The notes under the pieces were generated by a model. It was not told the origin of the DNA. It did not search any database and worked only from the letters and a program-made list of their open reading frames with translations. The translations under genes were made by a program, and so were the position numbers. This document shows positions 32,401 to 41,525 of a stretch of DNA of 64,000 bases, piece by piece. Each line of letters begins with the position of its first letter. Position 1 is the stretch's first letter. Origin of the DNA: an uncultured Gammaproteobacteria bacterium (GTDB taxonomy: Bacteria; Patescibacteriota; Microgenomatia; Levybacterales; GWA1-39-11); the NCBI GenBank assembly GCA_964651815.1, contig CAZYWG010000001.1, positions 1,189-65,188 on the forward strand, read 5' to 3'.

Positions 32401-32871
32401 ATGCTTTTATCCTTCTTGCTCATTATTGTAACAATGGTACTTCAGTTTTCATCATTCAGACGCGCATTAATAGTTATGTTGGTAATACCACTTTCTATTT
32501 CGGGTGTTTTTATAATTTTTGCGCTCACCGGAACACCACTTTCTTTTCCAGCTCTTATTGGGGTTCTTGCTCTTTTTGGAATAGTTGTAAAAAATTCAAT
32601 ACTTATTGTGGATAAAATTTTGGAGAATCAAAAACACAATATGACCTTTATTGAATCTATAAGTTCGGCTTCAGCTTCTAGACTTGAACCCATTGCCTTG
32701 ACTACTTTTGCGACAATATTGGGACTTACACCAATTACGCTTACCGACCCATTATGGCGAGGTTTAGGAGGCGCAATTATTGCAGGGCTTGTGTTTTCAG
32801 GAGCTATAATGCTCTTCTTTATTCCTGTTGTGTACTTCAGTTGGTTCAATCAAAAACCAACGAGAAAATAA
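29497..32871 (+). CDS. RND efflux permease (AcrB/CzcA family)
   Basis: PGASPADVE.LVT.PIE, GLLVDD, FFPKTD, GIVVKNSIL, RLEPI.LT. Confidence 0.93.
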   Translation: MAAQDRTGLFRFLKFDPNLRKSLFAKYLANPRLVILLLFSVILIGAYSYASLPRELNPTINIPIVLVSTVLPGASPADVESLVTVPIEDSINSLEKVKTVSSTSQDNVSIVTVEFQSGTDPDKAKNDVKSAVDGVSTLPTDALAPQVLKLDFQNAPVWTFVLTTSADDGSLFKFAKNLQKKVEDLPEIDKVDIAGLEDTEVQITINPESYAAYNVNPIQLSSIITSSLKSFPAGSVRTENSTFSLTIDPQATTVDDLRNLQIALPGPAAQTVALSDIATIVDRPKPSQGQSFIAYPHGKVGRAVTFAVHKTSATNINTAVTSAKRLVDSEVKNTSGVFRAVTLINTQDEIDKQFRDLTRDFLITVILVVLVLFIFLGPRQALVSSLSAPLSFLITFIVMKQSGITLNFLSLFSLILSLGLLVDDTVVVISAVSAYHKTNRFSPYETGLLVWRDFLTPVFTTTVTTVWAFLPLLLSTGIIGEFIKSIPIVVSTALAGSFIVAMFITLPLTVIFLRPQIPERVTKLIKILAAIILVAILWSVIPKGKLFIVEIIALIVFIFVIYSLRSYRTVIKQRVAEYFVPKNHRQVSFRTKIIRNIFGRDYSEGVISFDKINAAYKQTIEKILSSGHNRRMVITMVIIFSLFSFLLLPLGLVKNEFFPKTDQNIVYLTLELPAGTQIGDTKKEALKVLTDLKNTNGIKFASLDLGQSIGNNGGTQGAGDNNALFSLNLLDAGKRRESTEIADSLRTKFANYQKGRLNVVEESGGPPAGADLQIKLLGDDLSILGKKADEVAAYLEKQPGVTNVDKSVKSGTSKLAFVPDKSLLAQQNIGYDQLGLWLRLYASGFKVASHKFPGDNKDRDVTLRLYPESAFANRLDQVILPLQAGGNIPLSSLGKLNLEENPTIITREDGKRTISVTAAVKRGFNVQDKNKSLESFANTKLALPEGYSWKTGGVNEENANSVQSILSAMLLSFLLIIVTMVLQFSSFRRALIVMLVIPLSISGVFIIFALTGTPLSFPALIGVLALFGIVVKNSILIVDKILENQKHNMTFIESISSASASRLEPIALTTFATILGLTPITLTDPLWRGLGGAIIAGLVFSGAIMLFFIPVVYFSWFNQKPTRK

Positions 32872-32889
32872 ACTTGATATAATCCCCCT

Positions 32890-33291
32890 ATGCCATTAAA
32901 TGAAAGGGTTTCACGAAGAGATTTTTTGTTTAAAAAACCCGCAAAAATAGTTGCTAACAATATAAGAAATGTAGTGCAAGCAGGAGGTATTGCGGGAGAA
33001 GTTGTAGCAATTGCCTCATTTGCGATGTACGGATACAGAAAAGCTCAGAGCGATATCTTAATGCGTGAAATACCAGTTACCGAGCTTACGAATCCTGCCA
33101 GGCCGAACCAAACCATAACTCGTCAAAAACCAAGAAACGAGTACGAACAGCGAGCAGCGATGGTAGCAAGTAATCTTGATGATTCAGCAGACAGATGGAG
33201 TGACGTTGGCTTAATCTCACTAGTTGCTGCTATACCAGAAACATTTTTAAATCTTCAGGAACTTGTAGAAAAGCTTGAAGAAAATCCCTAA
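32890..33291 (+). CDS. Hypothetical membrane protein with SRRDFL motif
   Basis: -10 box 6 nt upstream; two hydrophobic segments. Confidence 0.6.
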   Translation: MPLNERVSRRDFLFKKPAKIVANNIRNVVQAGGIAGEVVAIASFAMYGYRKAQSDILMREIPVTELTNPARPNQTITRQKPRNEYEQRAAMVASNLDDSADRWSDVGLISLVAAIPETFLNLQELVEKLEENP

Positions 33292-33400
33292 TCAAGCGAT
33301 ATCAAGTTCTGCCTTTTTCTGAGCTACTTTATCTAGAAACTTTGGTTCCGAACTATCTTTGGGAGTTGGCTTTGGAAGATCTCCTCCATCGTGCATAAAA

Positions 33401-34021
33401 CTACTTTACTATATATTCTCTCAGGGGGCAATCTGTATGCTTGCAGGAGGCTTTGCAGTAAGTTCTTCCATACCAAATCAAACCTAGGCCGAATTCTCTC
33501 CAATCTTTCTGTGGAACAATTTCCATTAAATCCCGCTCGATTTTAACAGGGTCTGAATTTTTTGTTAAGCCGAAGAGATTCGAAAGACGTCTTACGTGTG
33601 TATCGACAACTACTCCTTCACTTTTTCCAAATGCTTCCTGCAAAATAACATTTGCAGTTTTTCTTCCAATAAAGGGTAGTTCTGTCAACTCTTCCATTGT
33701 CTCGGGCATTTTCCCTTTATATTTTTCTGCAACAATATCCGCTGCTTTTTTGATTGCTTTTGATTTTCCTTTATGAAAGTTGATGCTTTTTATGTCCGAA
33801 TCAAACTCATCAAGGGGAGTTTTTTGATAGTCTTCGAGTTTTTTGTATTTTTTAAATAAATTTTCAGTAACTTTATTAACTCCAACGTCTGTTTGTTGAG
33901 CAGATAATGCAACGGCAACATATAACTCCCAAGGGTTTCCATGATTTAAAGGTGTGTGGGGATTAGGAAATAAATTCTTTAATTCCCGAGAAATTTTTTC
34001 AGCTTTTGCTTTATTATCCAT
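33401..34021 (-). CDS. nth: Endonuclease III
   Basis: LSAQQTD..VN, HhH LPFIGRKTANV, VVDTHV. Confidence 0.93.
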   Translation of the reverse strand: MDNKAKAEKISRELKNLFPNPHTPLNHGNPWELYVAVALSAQQTDVGVNKVTENLFKKYKKLEDYQKTPLDEFDSDIKSINFHKGKSKAIKKAADIVAEKYKGKMPETMEELTELPFIGRKTANVILQEAFGKSEGVVVDTHVRRLSNLFGLTKNSDPVKIERDLMEIVPQKDWREFGLGLIWYGRTYCKASCKHTDCPLREYIVK

Positions 34022-34123
34022 ATGTTAATACTACCGATACTACAAATATTTAAATGGTGTCAAAGCTAAATCATTAAATTATTTGATATTGGTAGTATTG
34101 GTATTGTATTTGTAGTATTCAAT

Positions 34124-35074
34124 CTACTTCCCTATTATACTTGACAATACTTTTGCCAGTTTTTCTTGGTCATGTCTCAAAAATTGCCCTTTTCTTAAAA
34201 ATTTTCCGGTTATCGTCTTAAAATGGTTGTTAAAATTTTCCGCGTCATATGCAACATAATCAACGTTTTCCTTTTTATATCGCTCGAGGGTTCTCCCCGC
34301 CATTTTTTCAACATTCACAACAACATAATCCAAAATACCAACTCCCAAGTATGATTCTATAGCTCCTACAAAATCCGAGGCTGCAAAGTTATTTGTCTCC
34401 CCAAATTTTGTCATTATATTTGTGATGAAAATAATTTTAGCTCGAGTTTTGGATAGCGCCGGCACAATGCCGTCGACGATAAGGTTGGGCAAAATAGATG
34501 TATACAGATCCCCTGGTCCAAGTATCACAAAATCTGCCTGTTTAATTGCACGGACCGCGTCTTCATTCGCGTCAACTTGGGGTTGAAGATAAATTCTTTT
34601 TATTTTAAGCGTTGGGTCATGTTTTGGGATGTCAATATTGGTCTCTCCCTCAATAACCGTACCGTTTTCAAGTTCTGCATGAAGCTTTGTCTTTTTAAGA
34701 GTTACGGGAATAACTTCCCCTTCTACATTTAGGATATAAACCGCCTCTTTGAGTGCTTCTTTCCAGCTTCCTGTGATTCTTGCGAGTGCAGTCAATAACA
34801 AATTTCCAAGACTATGCCCTTTGAGAGAAGAATTTTCCTCAAAGCGATAATTGAAAAGCTCGGAAACCATTTTGTTGTCGGAATTCGACAACGCAACAAG
34901 CGCACGTCTTACATCACCAGGCGGCAAAATCCCAAATTCTTCGCGTAAGACTCCCGTTGAACCTCCATCATCAGCCATAGATACTATAGCAGCTAGGTCA
35001 TATTCATACTCTTTAAGGCCTGAGAGCACTGTAAAAACGCCAGTCCCACCTCCAATAACTACTACTTTTTTCAC
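34124..35074 (-). CDS. yvcK: YvcK/GlmR (CofD-like) family protein
   Basis: IGGGTG, DDGGSTG.LR, PPGDVR, GHSLGNL, GPGDLYTSILPNL. Confidence 0.92.
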   Translation of the reverse strand: MKKVVVIGGGTGVFTVLSGLKEYEYDLAAIVSMADDGGSTGVLREEFGILPPGDVRRALVALSNSDNKMVSELFNYRFEENSSLKGHSLGNLLLTALARITGSWKEALKEAVYILNVEGEVIPVTLKKTKLHAELENGTVIEGETNIDIPKHDPTLKIKRIYLQPQVDANEDAVRAIKQADFVILGPGDLYTSILPNLIVDGIVPALSKTRAKIIFITNIMTKFGETNNFAASDFVGAIESYLGVGILDYVVVNVEKMAGRTLERYKKENVDYVAYDAENFNNHFKTITGKFLRKGQFLRHDQEKLAKVLSSIIGK

Positions 35075-35138
35075 AATGGGAGTATTATACCAAATAGGAA
35101 GCTTAGGGACTACCGTCTACTGTCTACGGTCAAGTTTG

Positions 35139-35645
35139 CTATTTGCTTTTTTTGAGGCCTCGGAAAAGTCTTTTTTTAGAATGTCCGTTTTTAGGAGTCT
35201 CACTTTCTTCTTTTGGCTCGCTTTGATTTTTAAAAGTCATATTATGTATAACAGGGTTAGGAACATCCATTACTACTTCACGCAATTCTTCTTCTTTCTC
35301 TTTGATCAACTCTTCTGGAACTACCTCATCTTCTGTGATTTCTGACTCTAAATCTTCTGCAATTTCTTCGTCCGAAACTTTTTCTTCTGGGATACTATCT
35401 GCTTTATCTACTGTGGTTTCGGCTTTGTGATTTGTGTTTTCATCGACCTTTGCCGGGCCCTGGACTTTTTGGGAGGATTGTTTCTTTTGCTCAATAAAGT
35501 CTTCTACCAACTCAAGCCCCAAGTCCAACATATCACGCAAAATTTGTCTTCCTTTTTTAGTTGTAAGCAATGTTGCAGTAAGGGCACCTAGAATGAAGCC
35601 CCAGAGGAATGCAGAACCGCCTTTTCCATGTTTATTCGTCTCCAT
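35139..35645 (-). CDS. YtxH-like protein
   Basis: FLWGFILGAL..LL...KG.Q N-terminus, acidic low-complexity body. Confidence 0.6.
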   Translation of the reverse strand: METNKHGKGGSAFLWGFILGALTATLLTTKKGRQILRDMLDLGLELVEDFIEQKKQSSQKVQGPAKVDENTNHKAETTVDKADSIPEEKVSDEEIAEDLESEITEDEVVPEELIKEKEEELREVVMDVPNPVIHNMTFKNQSEPKEESETPKNGHSKKRLFRGLKKSK

Positions 35646-35901
35646 CTTTGTCTTTGATGCGTTTTAAAATTTTAGAAATTGTGGAAAGTGACTTTGCAGA
35701 AAGAAACAGGCCTGATAAAAGTGACATTGGCTCAGAAACTGATTCTGTAATTGTTTCTGTATTCTCAAGAACTTTAGTTGCGCGGAAAAGAGTCTTTCGT
35801 AGCTCGCGAAGTATAAAAAATACTTGAATCCCTAATACAAGGAGAAGCATCGACAATAAAATAATGACGACAAGCATGACCGCCTGGACAGGGTCTATCA
35901 T
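35632..35901 (-). CDS. Small membrane protein (DUF948/YtxG-like)
   Basis: TM plus coiled coil; overlaps the YtxH-like gene. Confidence 0.55.
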   Translation of the reverse strand: MIDPVQAVMLVVIILLSMLLLVLGIQVFFILRELRKTLFRATKVLENTETITESVSEPMSLLSGLFLSAKSLSTISKILKRIKDKDGDE

Positions 35902-35965
35902 AGTTATAAATTATCACGGTTTGAATTTAAAAGCAAGAATATAAACCTGATCTAACTATAATTGT

Positions 35966-36595
35966 TTACTTCACTTTAACGTCAATTATCTTTTCCGATT
36001 GTTTCCCGAATCTGTTTTTTGCCACTACTTTGATTTTGTTGTCACCGGAAAATAGATATTCTGATTTTCTAAAAGCACCCTGGAGATTTACGTATACTTC
36101 ATCATTATCAACTGTCACTGTTGCGTATGGATCGGTTTTACCACTAACTTCTGCCACGTTTCCGTCAATTGTTTGTCCGTTTTTTGGACTAATAATAGTA
36201 ATGGACGGTGGAAAAAGCAAAGAGCTATATTGTATGAATATATAAACAGCAACTACAAATATTACTATGAAGAGTAATATTCCCCGAGCGCTCAGAAAAA
36301 AATGGCGATTAAATTTGTGCTGAGACCTTCTGAAATCGGGGACTATATGAACTTTTTGTTTTGATTCATACTCGCGGCGGAATAAAGGTACGGAGCTCGC
36401 TGCTGGAATACCAAGAAATTTAGCATAGTTTTTTACAAAACCCTGGGCATAACTTTCGGAAGGTAATTTTTTAAAATCCCCCCGCTCAATTGCCGCAAGA
36501 TATATTTTTTTAATTTTTGTAGCTTCTTCAACATTTTCAAGGCTCAAACCGCGAGACTCCCTAGTCTCTTTTAAAAAATCGCTTATTTTCCTCAT
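35966..36595 (-). CDS. RodZ-like HTH membrane protein
   Basis: LKETRESRGLSLE.VEEATKI...L.AIE.G...LP...GFVKNYAKFLG, TM, Ig-like C-domain; follows ftsK. Confidence 0.8.
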   Translation of the reverse strand: MRKISDFLKETRESRGLSLENVEEATKIKKIYLAAIERGDFKKLPSESYAQGFVKNYAKFLGIPAASSVPLFRREYESKQKVHIVPDFRRSQHKFNRHFFLSARGILLFIVIFVVAVYIFIQYSSLLFPPSITIISPKNGQTIDGNVAEVSGKTDPYATVTVDNDEVYVNLQGAFRKSEYLFSGDNKIKVVAKNRFGKQSEKIIDVKVK

Positions 36596-36606
36596 AAAGA
36601 AAACAC

Positions 36607-38754
36607 TTATTGCATTTGGCTTAAGAATTGGTCGGGGTCGCGGATTAAAACATCTCTTGGTTTTGATCCGTCGGCAGGCCCTACAACTCCAGCTTCTTCA
36701 AGTTGTTCAAGAAGCCGAGCGGCACGGTTGAAACCCACGGAAAGCCGGCGCTGCAAAAGTGATGACGAGGCGCGGTCATGAGAACATACTATTCTGACTG
36801 CTTGATCAAAAAGCTCATCGTGACCACCTCCACCACCCATGCCATCTCCGGAAACGTTTCCTCTACCTTTAATATTTACCGCCTGCTCAACCACTTCCGT
36901 TGTATATTGAACCGGAATTCCACGTGATTTTATAAAGTTAACAACTCGTTTTACATCTTGGTCGGAAACAAAAGTCCCTTGTATACGCGTTGGCTTTGCC
37001 TGGTCCGGTGGGACATATAGCATATCTCCGCGTCCCAGTAATTTTTCAGCTCCTGGTTGGTCAAGAATAACTTTACTGTCAATCATTGATGAAACGTTAA
37101 ACGAAATGCGGCAAGGTATATTTGCTTTAATAAGACCTGTCAAAACATCAACCGACGGGCGCTGCGTTGCTAAAACCAAGTGAATTCCTGTTGCACGTGC
37201 CATCTGGGCAAGACGAGCAATTGAATCTTCAACTTCTACACTTGCGATTGCCATAAGATCGGCCAATTCATCTATAAAAATTATGATATATGGAAGCGCT
37301 TGAAAACCAGCAAGTTCGTTATATGAATCTATATTTTTAACGCCCGAATCCTGGAATTGGACATATCTGCGGTCCATTTCTTTCATTGCCCATTTTAGTG
37401 CTGAAACTGCTTTTTCTGGTTCCGCAACGACGGGCGTTAACAAGTGGGGAATATTATTGTAACCCGTTAATTCAACTCTTTTTGGATCAATCATAATCAT
37501 TTTAACTTCTGAAGGGGATGCGCGGAATAAAAGGGAGGTTATGATTGAATTAACAATTACGGATTTTCCGGATCCAGTTGTACCGGCAATAAGTACGTGT
37601 GGCATCCGCGCAAGATCTGCAACTACTGCGTTACCGGAAACATCCAACCCAAGTGGCACAGAAAGTTTGGATTTTGCTTTCTCAAGCTGAGGGGATTCAA
37701 GCATTGTTTTAAGGGATACAATTTCAAGAGAACGGTTTGGAATTTCAATCCCAACAAGATTTCTACCTGGAATAGGCGCTTCAATTCTGATTTGTCCGGT
37801 CGGTGCTTCTGTTGCAAGCGCCAAATTATTTGACAATGAAATTATTTTTGAGAGTTTTGTCCCTAACGCAATTTCCAAAGCATATTGTGTAACAGACGGT
37901 CCAACATTAATTTCTGAAACCCTGGCCTTTACTCCAAAACTTTGCAGAGTCTCTTCAATTGTCTTGGCGATTTTTTTGACGTCTCCTGTATCACGCTTTC
38001 CGGCGTGTATTGCAAGAAGAGAAAGAGGTGGATACTCCCAAACGCCCATTTCAAGAGGTTTATTGAGAATTAATTTATCAGATATTGCACCTTGCCCCCC
38101 TTGCGCAACTGGCATACCATCTTTTGTGGTTAAAGAATTAGGCCTTGGCGGTGGAAGCGGTTTTGCAGGTTCCCCTTTTATTGGATCTTTTAGACCTTTA
38201 ATTGTAATTTGCTGCATGTTTGTGACTGCTGCTTTTTTTGTTTTAAAAAGTGGTGCAAGAGATTTTAAGGACGCGGCAAACACACCTCCCACGCCTGACA
38301 AACCCGCCATAATCTGTGCAATTGAAAGATTAAGAAAAACCATTAAGCCAACAACAGCTGCAGCAACAAATACAAGAAGAGAAAGCCAAGAACCAAAAAC
38401 AGAGTCAGATAAAGAAAACAATTTTGCACCAACAACGCCAGATTGAAATAATCCAAATAACGCAAGGCTTAATAATAGCAATCCAAAAAAAGTGGTAGCT
38501 TTAGAAATTGGCAATTTTATTCCTGTAAGAATTAAACCGAATAAAATGACTATTATAGGAACGAAAAATGAAAGCCAACCAAAGTATCCCGTTAAATAAA
38601 GGTTAATTTTTGTGAGAAAGGAGTTTGCTTGAGTGTATGAGGCGAACATTGCAAAACCAGCAAGAATTGAACCAATGGCAAAAAGCATATAAACCGTATT
38701 TTTCTTAAGCTTTACTGATCTTCTTTTTTTGTATTTTTTCCTTTTCCTTGCCAT
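36607..38754 (-). CDS. ftsK: DNA translocase FtsK/SpoIIIE
   Basis: 4 TM N-domain, PHVLIAGTTGSGKS, IDELADLM, ATQRPSVD, gamma domain LQRRLSVGFNRAAR. Confidence 0.97.
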   Translation of the reverse strand: MARKRKKYKKRRSVKLKKNTVYMLFAIGSILAGFAMFASYTQANSFLTKINLYLTGYFGWLSFFVPIIVILFGLILTGIKLPISKATTFFGLLLLSLALFGLFQSGVVGAKLFSLSDSVFGSWLSLLVFVAAAVVGLMVFLNLSIAQIMAGLSGVGGVFAASLKSLAPLFKTKKAAVTNMQQITIKGLKDPIKGEPAKPLPPPRPNSLTTKDGMPVAQGGQGAISDKLILNKPLEMGVWEYPPLSLLAIHAGKRDTGDVKKIAKTIEETLQSFGVKARVSEINVGPSVTQYALEIALGTKLSKIISLSNNLALATEAPTGQIRIEAPIPGRNLVGIEIPNRSLEIVSLKTMLESPQLEKAKSKLSVPLGLDVSGNAVVADLARMPHVLIAGTTGSGKSVIVNSIITSLLFRASPSEVKMIMIDPKRVELTGYNNIPHLLTPVVAEPEKAVSALKWAMKEMDRRYVQFQDSGVKNIDSYNELAGFQALPYIIIFIDELADLMAIASVEVEDSIARLAQMARATGIHLVLATQRPSVDVLTGLIKANIPCRISFNVSSMIDSKVILDQPGAEKLLGRGDMLYVPPDQAKPTRIQGTFVSDQDVKRVVNFIKSRGIPVQYTTEVVEQAVNIKGRGNVSGDGMGGGGGHDELFDQAVRIVCSHDRASSSLLQRRLSVGFNRAARLLEQLEEAGVVGPADGSKPRDVLIRDPDQFLSQMQ

Positions 38755-38884
38755 AACAAATTAGTCTATAAAGGATAACATTTTTCAGTATAAATTCAAA
38801 GCTACCAAGTAAAAACTACAGTCAGCATGATAACTATAGGACATTCTGAACTGTTTGTCAATATGGTGAAATTTAACTAAATTT

Positions 38885-39391
38885 TTATGCTTTCAGATAA
38901 TGTTCGAGGTTTTTTAACCTGACACGCACAGCCGAAGGACTAACAAAAAACTTTCTAGCCATGATTTCGACGTCGAAGCTTTTTTCCCACTCCTTTCTAA
39001 ACCACCTAGCAGGCATTAAAATATTTGCTGCAAATACATTTGCCTTGCTTTCTCTTAACTCACCCTCCGGGGTCTGCCTACAAAATCCTGGCTCAGATTT
39101 TAACATGTGGTAAAGCTCATGAAAAACAGTAAACCTTTGAGCACCCAACGGAAGATTTTCATTTATTAATATATGCCAGTTACCACTATTTGGATACACA
39201 AAACCCAATACTTCGTCTTCGAAAAAACTATTAACATCAATGGTCGCTGTTTTAAAAACCTTGGTAATTATTGCAGTTGGAACTGGGGGTTCATAAATTT
39301 TAAACATTTTAAGAACTTCTTCTGCATCTGACTGGACTTCAATGTATTTATTTGGAGTTTTATTCATCACTTTTCTTATATGTTTTTTCAA
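38885..39391 (-). CDS. ImmA/IrrE family metallopeptidase
   Basis: ILIN..QRFTVFHELYH, E..ANVFAANILMP, C-terminal HTH. Confidence 0.88.
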   Translation of the reverse strand: MKKHIRKVMNKTPNKYIEVQSDAEEVLKMFKIYEPPVPTAIITKVFKTATIDVNSFFEDEVLGFVYPNSGNWHILINENLPLGAQRFTVFHELYHMLKSEPGFCRQTPEGELRESKANVFAANILMPARWFRKEWEKSFDVEIMARKFFVSPSAVRVRLKNLEHYLKA

Positions 39392-39710
39392 GATATAGCT
39401 TAAAAGATTCTAGTTGTTTTATTGCTTCCTCTGATAATTTCGGGTATTTAGATCGTAGATATACCCCCATTGAAGGCAATCTATCTTCTTTGAGACTCGC
39501 ACCATAACCTGCCGCATGAAATAATGCTTGATGCGACACTCCTAGTGCATTAGAAAGCCGTATTAAAACTATTGCTGATGGTGATTTAATCTTGTCGTCT
39601 TCCAATCTGGAAATATAACTCCTAGCTAATTTTGCATTGAAAGCCAATTCTTCTTGAGTGATCCTTTTTTGGACACGGGCCTGCTTTAAAAAACTTCCAA
39701 GTGATGACAT
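39360..39710 (-). CDS. XRE-family HTH transcriptional regulator
   Basis: LKQARVQKRITQEELA....RSYISRLE..PS...L.NALGV. Confidence 0.88.
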   Translation of the reverse strand: MSSLGSFLKQARVQKRITQEELAFNAKLARSYISRLEDDKIKSPSAIVLIRLSNALGVSHQALFHAAGYGASLKEDRLPSMGVYLRSKYPKLSEEAIKQLESFKLYLEKTYKKSDE

Positions 39711-39766
39711 ATGTTCTTATTATAACATATTTTGTCCAGATACGAACACCTATTTTACTGGGATTT

Positions 39767-41413
39767 TTATACCTCAAGTACCACGGGGATTACTAACGGC
39801 TGATATCCTTCGTCAAACAAAATTTGCTCTGTCTTTTGCTGAATTGTTTTCCTGTAAAATCCCCAATTAGTAACTTTTTCCTGTTTTTTTGTAAAAACAT
39901 TATTCAAAATTTGGCTAAGATCTTTAACTAAAGACTCTTTGTTGGTTATGTTAACACCTCGCAAAATAACATCAGGGTTTGACAATAATTGACCGTTTGT
40001 TGAAGATACCTCCGTCACAACAATAACAACTCCCTCTTCTGCAATTTGTTGTCTATCCATAATTACATAGCTTTCTATTTGGCCGCCCGTTACCTGGTCC
40101 ACGTAAACATTAGGGAAAGACGCCGCCTTTCCAACTCTGAATCCGTTTTGGGTAAATATAATTTCGCGTGAATTATCAGCAAAAATTACTTTGTCATCTG
40201 TATATCCCATGTTATTTGCAATCTCTCGATACGCAACCATATGCTTATAGGTACCACCAATTGGAAGTACGAATTTAGGATTGGTTAGAGAAATTAAAAG
40301 CTTTAAATCATCTTGAGAGCCGTGACCTGAAACATGGAAATCATCTGTAATTTGCGAATATACAACTCTTGCATCTTTTTTTGAAAGCGTATCAATAAGT
40401 GAATTAATGTTTATCTCATTTCCTGGGATTGGGTCTGCTGAAAATATAATGCTGTCACCGCGGGTTATTCTAATGTCGCGGTCTTGATCTTGTGAAATAC
40501 GGACTAAACCAGATTCAACTTGCGCTTGACTTCCGGCAATCAAAATTAAAACGCTAGAAGGCGCAACTCTCTTAATTTCTTGCGGGCGAATTTCCATTTT
40601 AGGCGGCAAATCCATATATTTTAATTTCCGCCCAATGTCCCGGGACTTTAAAAAACTGCGGCCGATAAAACATACCCTCCTGTTAAACTTTTTGGCAACC
40701 TCAATTGCTTGGTTCATTCGCGATATGTTAGAACTGTAAGTTGTAATAAATATTTTTCCTTTTGCGCGCCGGAATTCCTCTTCAAAACTCTCAGTGATAT
40801 TTATTTCCGACTTTGAATGCCCCGGACGCTCAGCTCCAAGACAATCTGACATTGTGCATAAAATTCCTTCCTCTCCCCATTTTGCAATTTTTCTGATTTC
40901 CGACGGTTTACCATCAACCGGGGTGTAATCAAATTTAAAATCACTGCCATGGTAAAAATTTCCCACAGGCGTCCTGATTAAAAGATTTGCCGCATCAATT
41001 ATTGAGTGGGTGACGCGGGCAAATGAGACTGAGAACTGGCCAAGACGGACAGTGTCATCAAATTTCACGGTTTGGACCATGTTTGTTTCACCAAATTCTT
41101 TCAATTTTTCATTTGAAAGAGCGGCTGTTAGGGTTGACGCATAAATTGGAAATTTAGGCAGAAGCGGGAGGATAAAAGGAAGCGCCCCAATATGGTCTTC
41201 ATGTCCGTGGGTCAAAATCATGCCGACAATTTTTTTATTTGTATTTTTTAAATACGAAATATTGGGGATCATAAGGTCAACCCCAGGCATTGAGTCATCC
41301 ACAAAACCAATCCCACAATCAACGAGTAAAATCTCGTCACCGTAAACGTACGCAGACAAATTTTTAGTAACATCTCCAACGCCACCTAGAGAAATAAATG
41401 AAACACTATCCAT
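39767..41413 (-). CDS. rnj: Ribonuclease J
   Basis: LGGVG.V.KN, THGHEDHIG, HSI.D, DFKFD, IPGNE, HVSGH. Confidence 0.95.
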   Translation of the reverse strand: MDSVSFISLGGVGDVTKNLSAYVYGDEILLVDCGIGFVDDSMPGVDLMIPNISYLKNTNKKIVGMILTHGHEDHIGALPFILPLLPKFPIYASTLTAALSNEKLKEFGETNMVQTVKFDDTVRLGQFSVSFARVTHSIIDAANLLIRTPVGNFYHGSDFKFDYTPVDGKPSEIRKIAKWGEEGILCTMSDCLGAERPGHSKSEINITESFEEEFRRAKGKIFITTYSSNISRMNQAIEVAKKFNRRVCFIGRSFLKSRDIGRKLKYMDLPPKMEIRPQEIKRVAPSSVLILIAGSQAQVESGLVRISQDQDRDIRITRGDSIIFSADPIPGNEININSLIDTLSKKDARVVYSQITDDFHVSGHGSQDDLKLLISLTNPKFVLPIGGTYKHMVAYREIANNMGYTDDKVIFADNSREIIFTQNGFRVGKAASFPNVYVDQVTGGQIESYVIMDRQQIAEEGVVIVVTEVSSTNGQLLSNPDVILRGVNITNKESLVKDLSQILNNVFTKKQEKVTNWGFYRKTIQQKTEQILFDEGYQPLVIPVVLEV

Positions 41414-41525
41414 AATTGTTATTCTAATACATGCAAATGTTTACTCCAAATGCATCCTAATGATATTATTCGGAGTAATTCGGACTAAAAATTAGAATAC
41501 ATTCGTGTGTGGCAGCTTACTACCA

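Noticed and set aside
33292-33396. 34-codon minus-strand ORF right after nth (MHDGGDLPKPTPKDSSEPKFLDKVAQKKAELDIA)
   Set aside because: Could be a small protein or a gene remnant, but too short to support without homology data
38885-39710. Prophage or ICE at the XRE/ImmA pair
   Set aside because: No integrase, att-like repeats, or phage/conjugation genes adjacent
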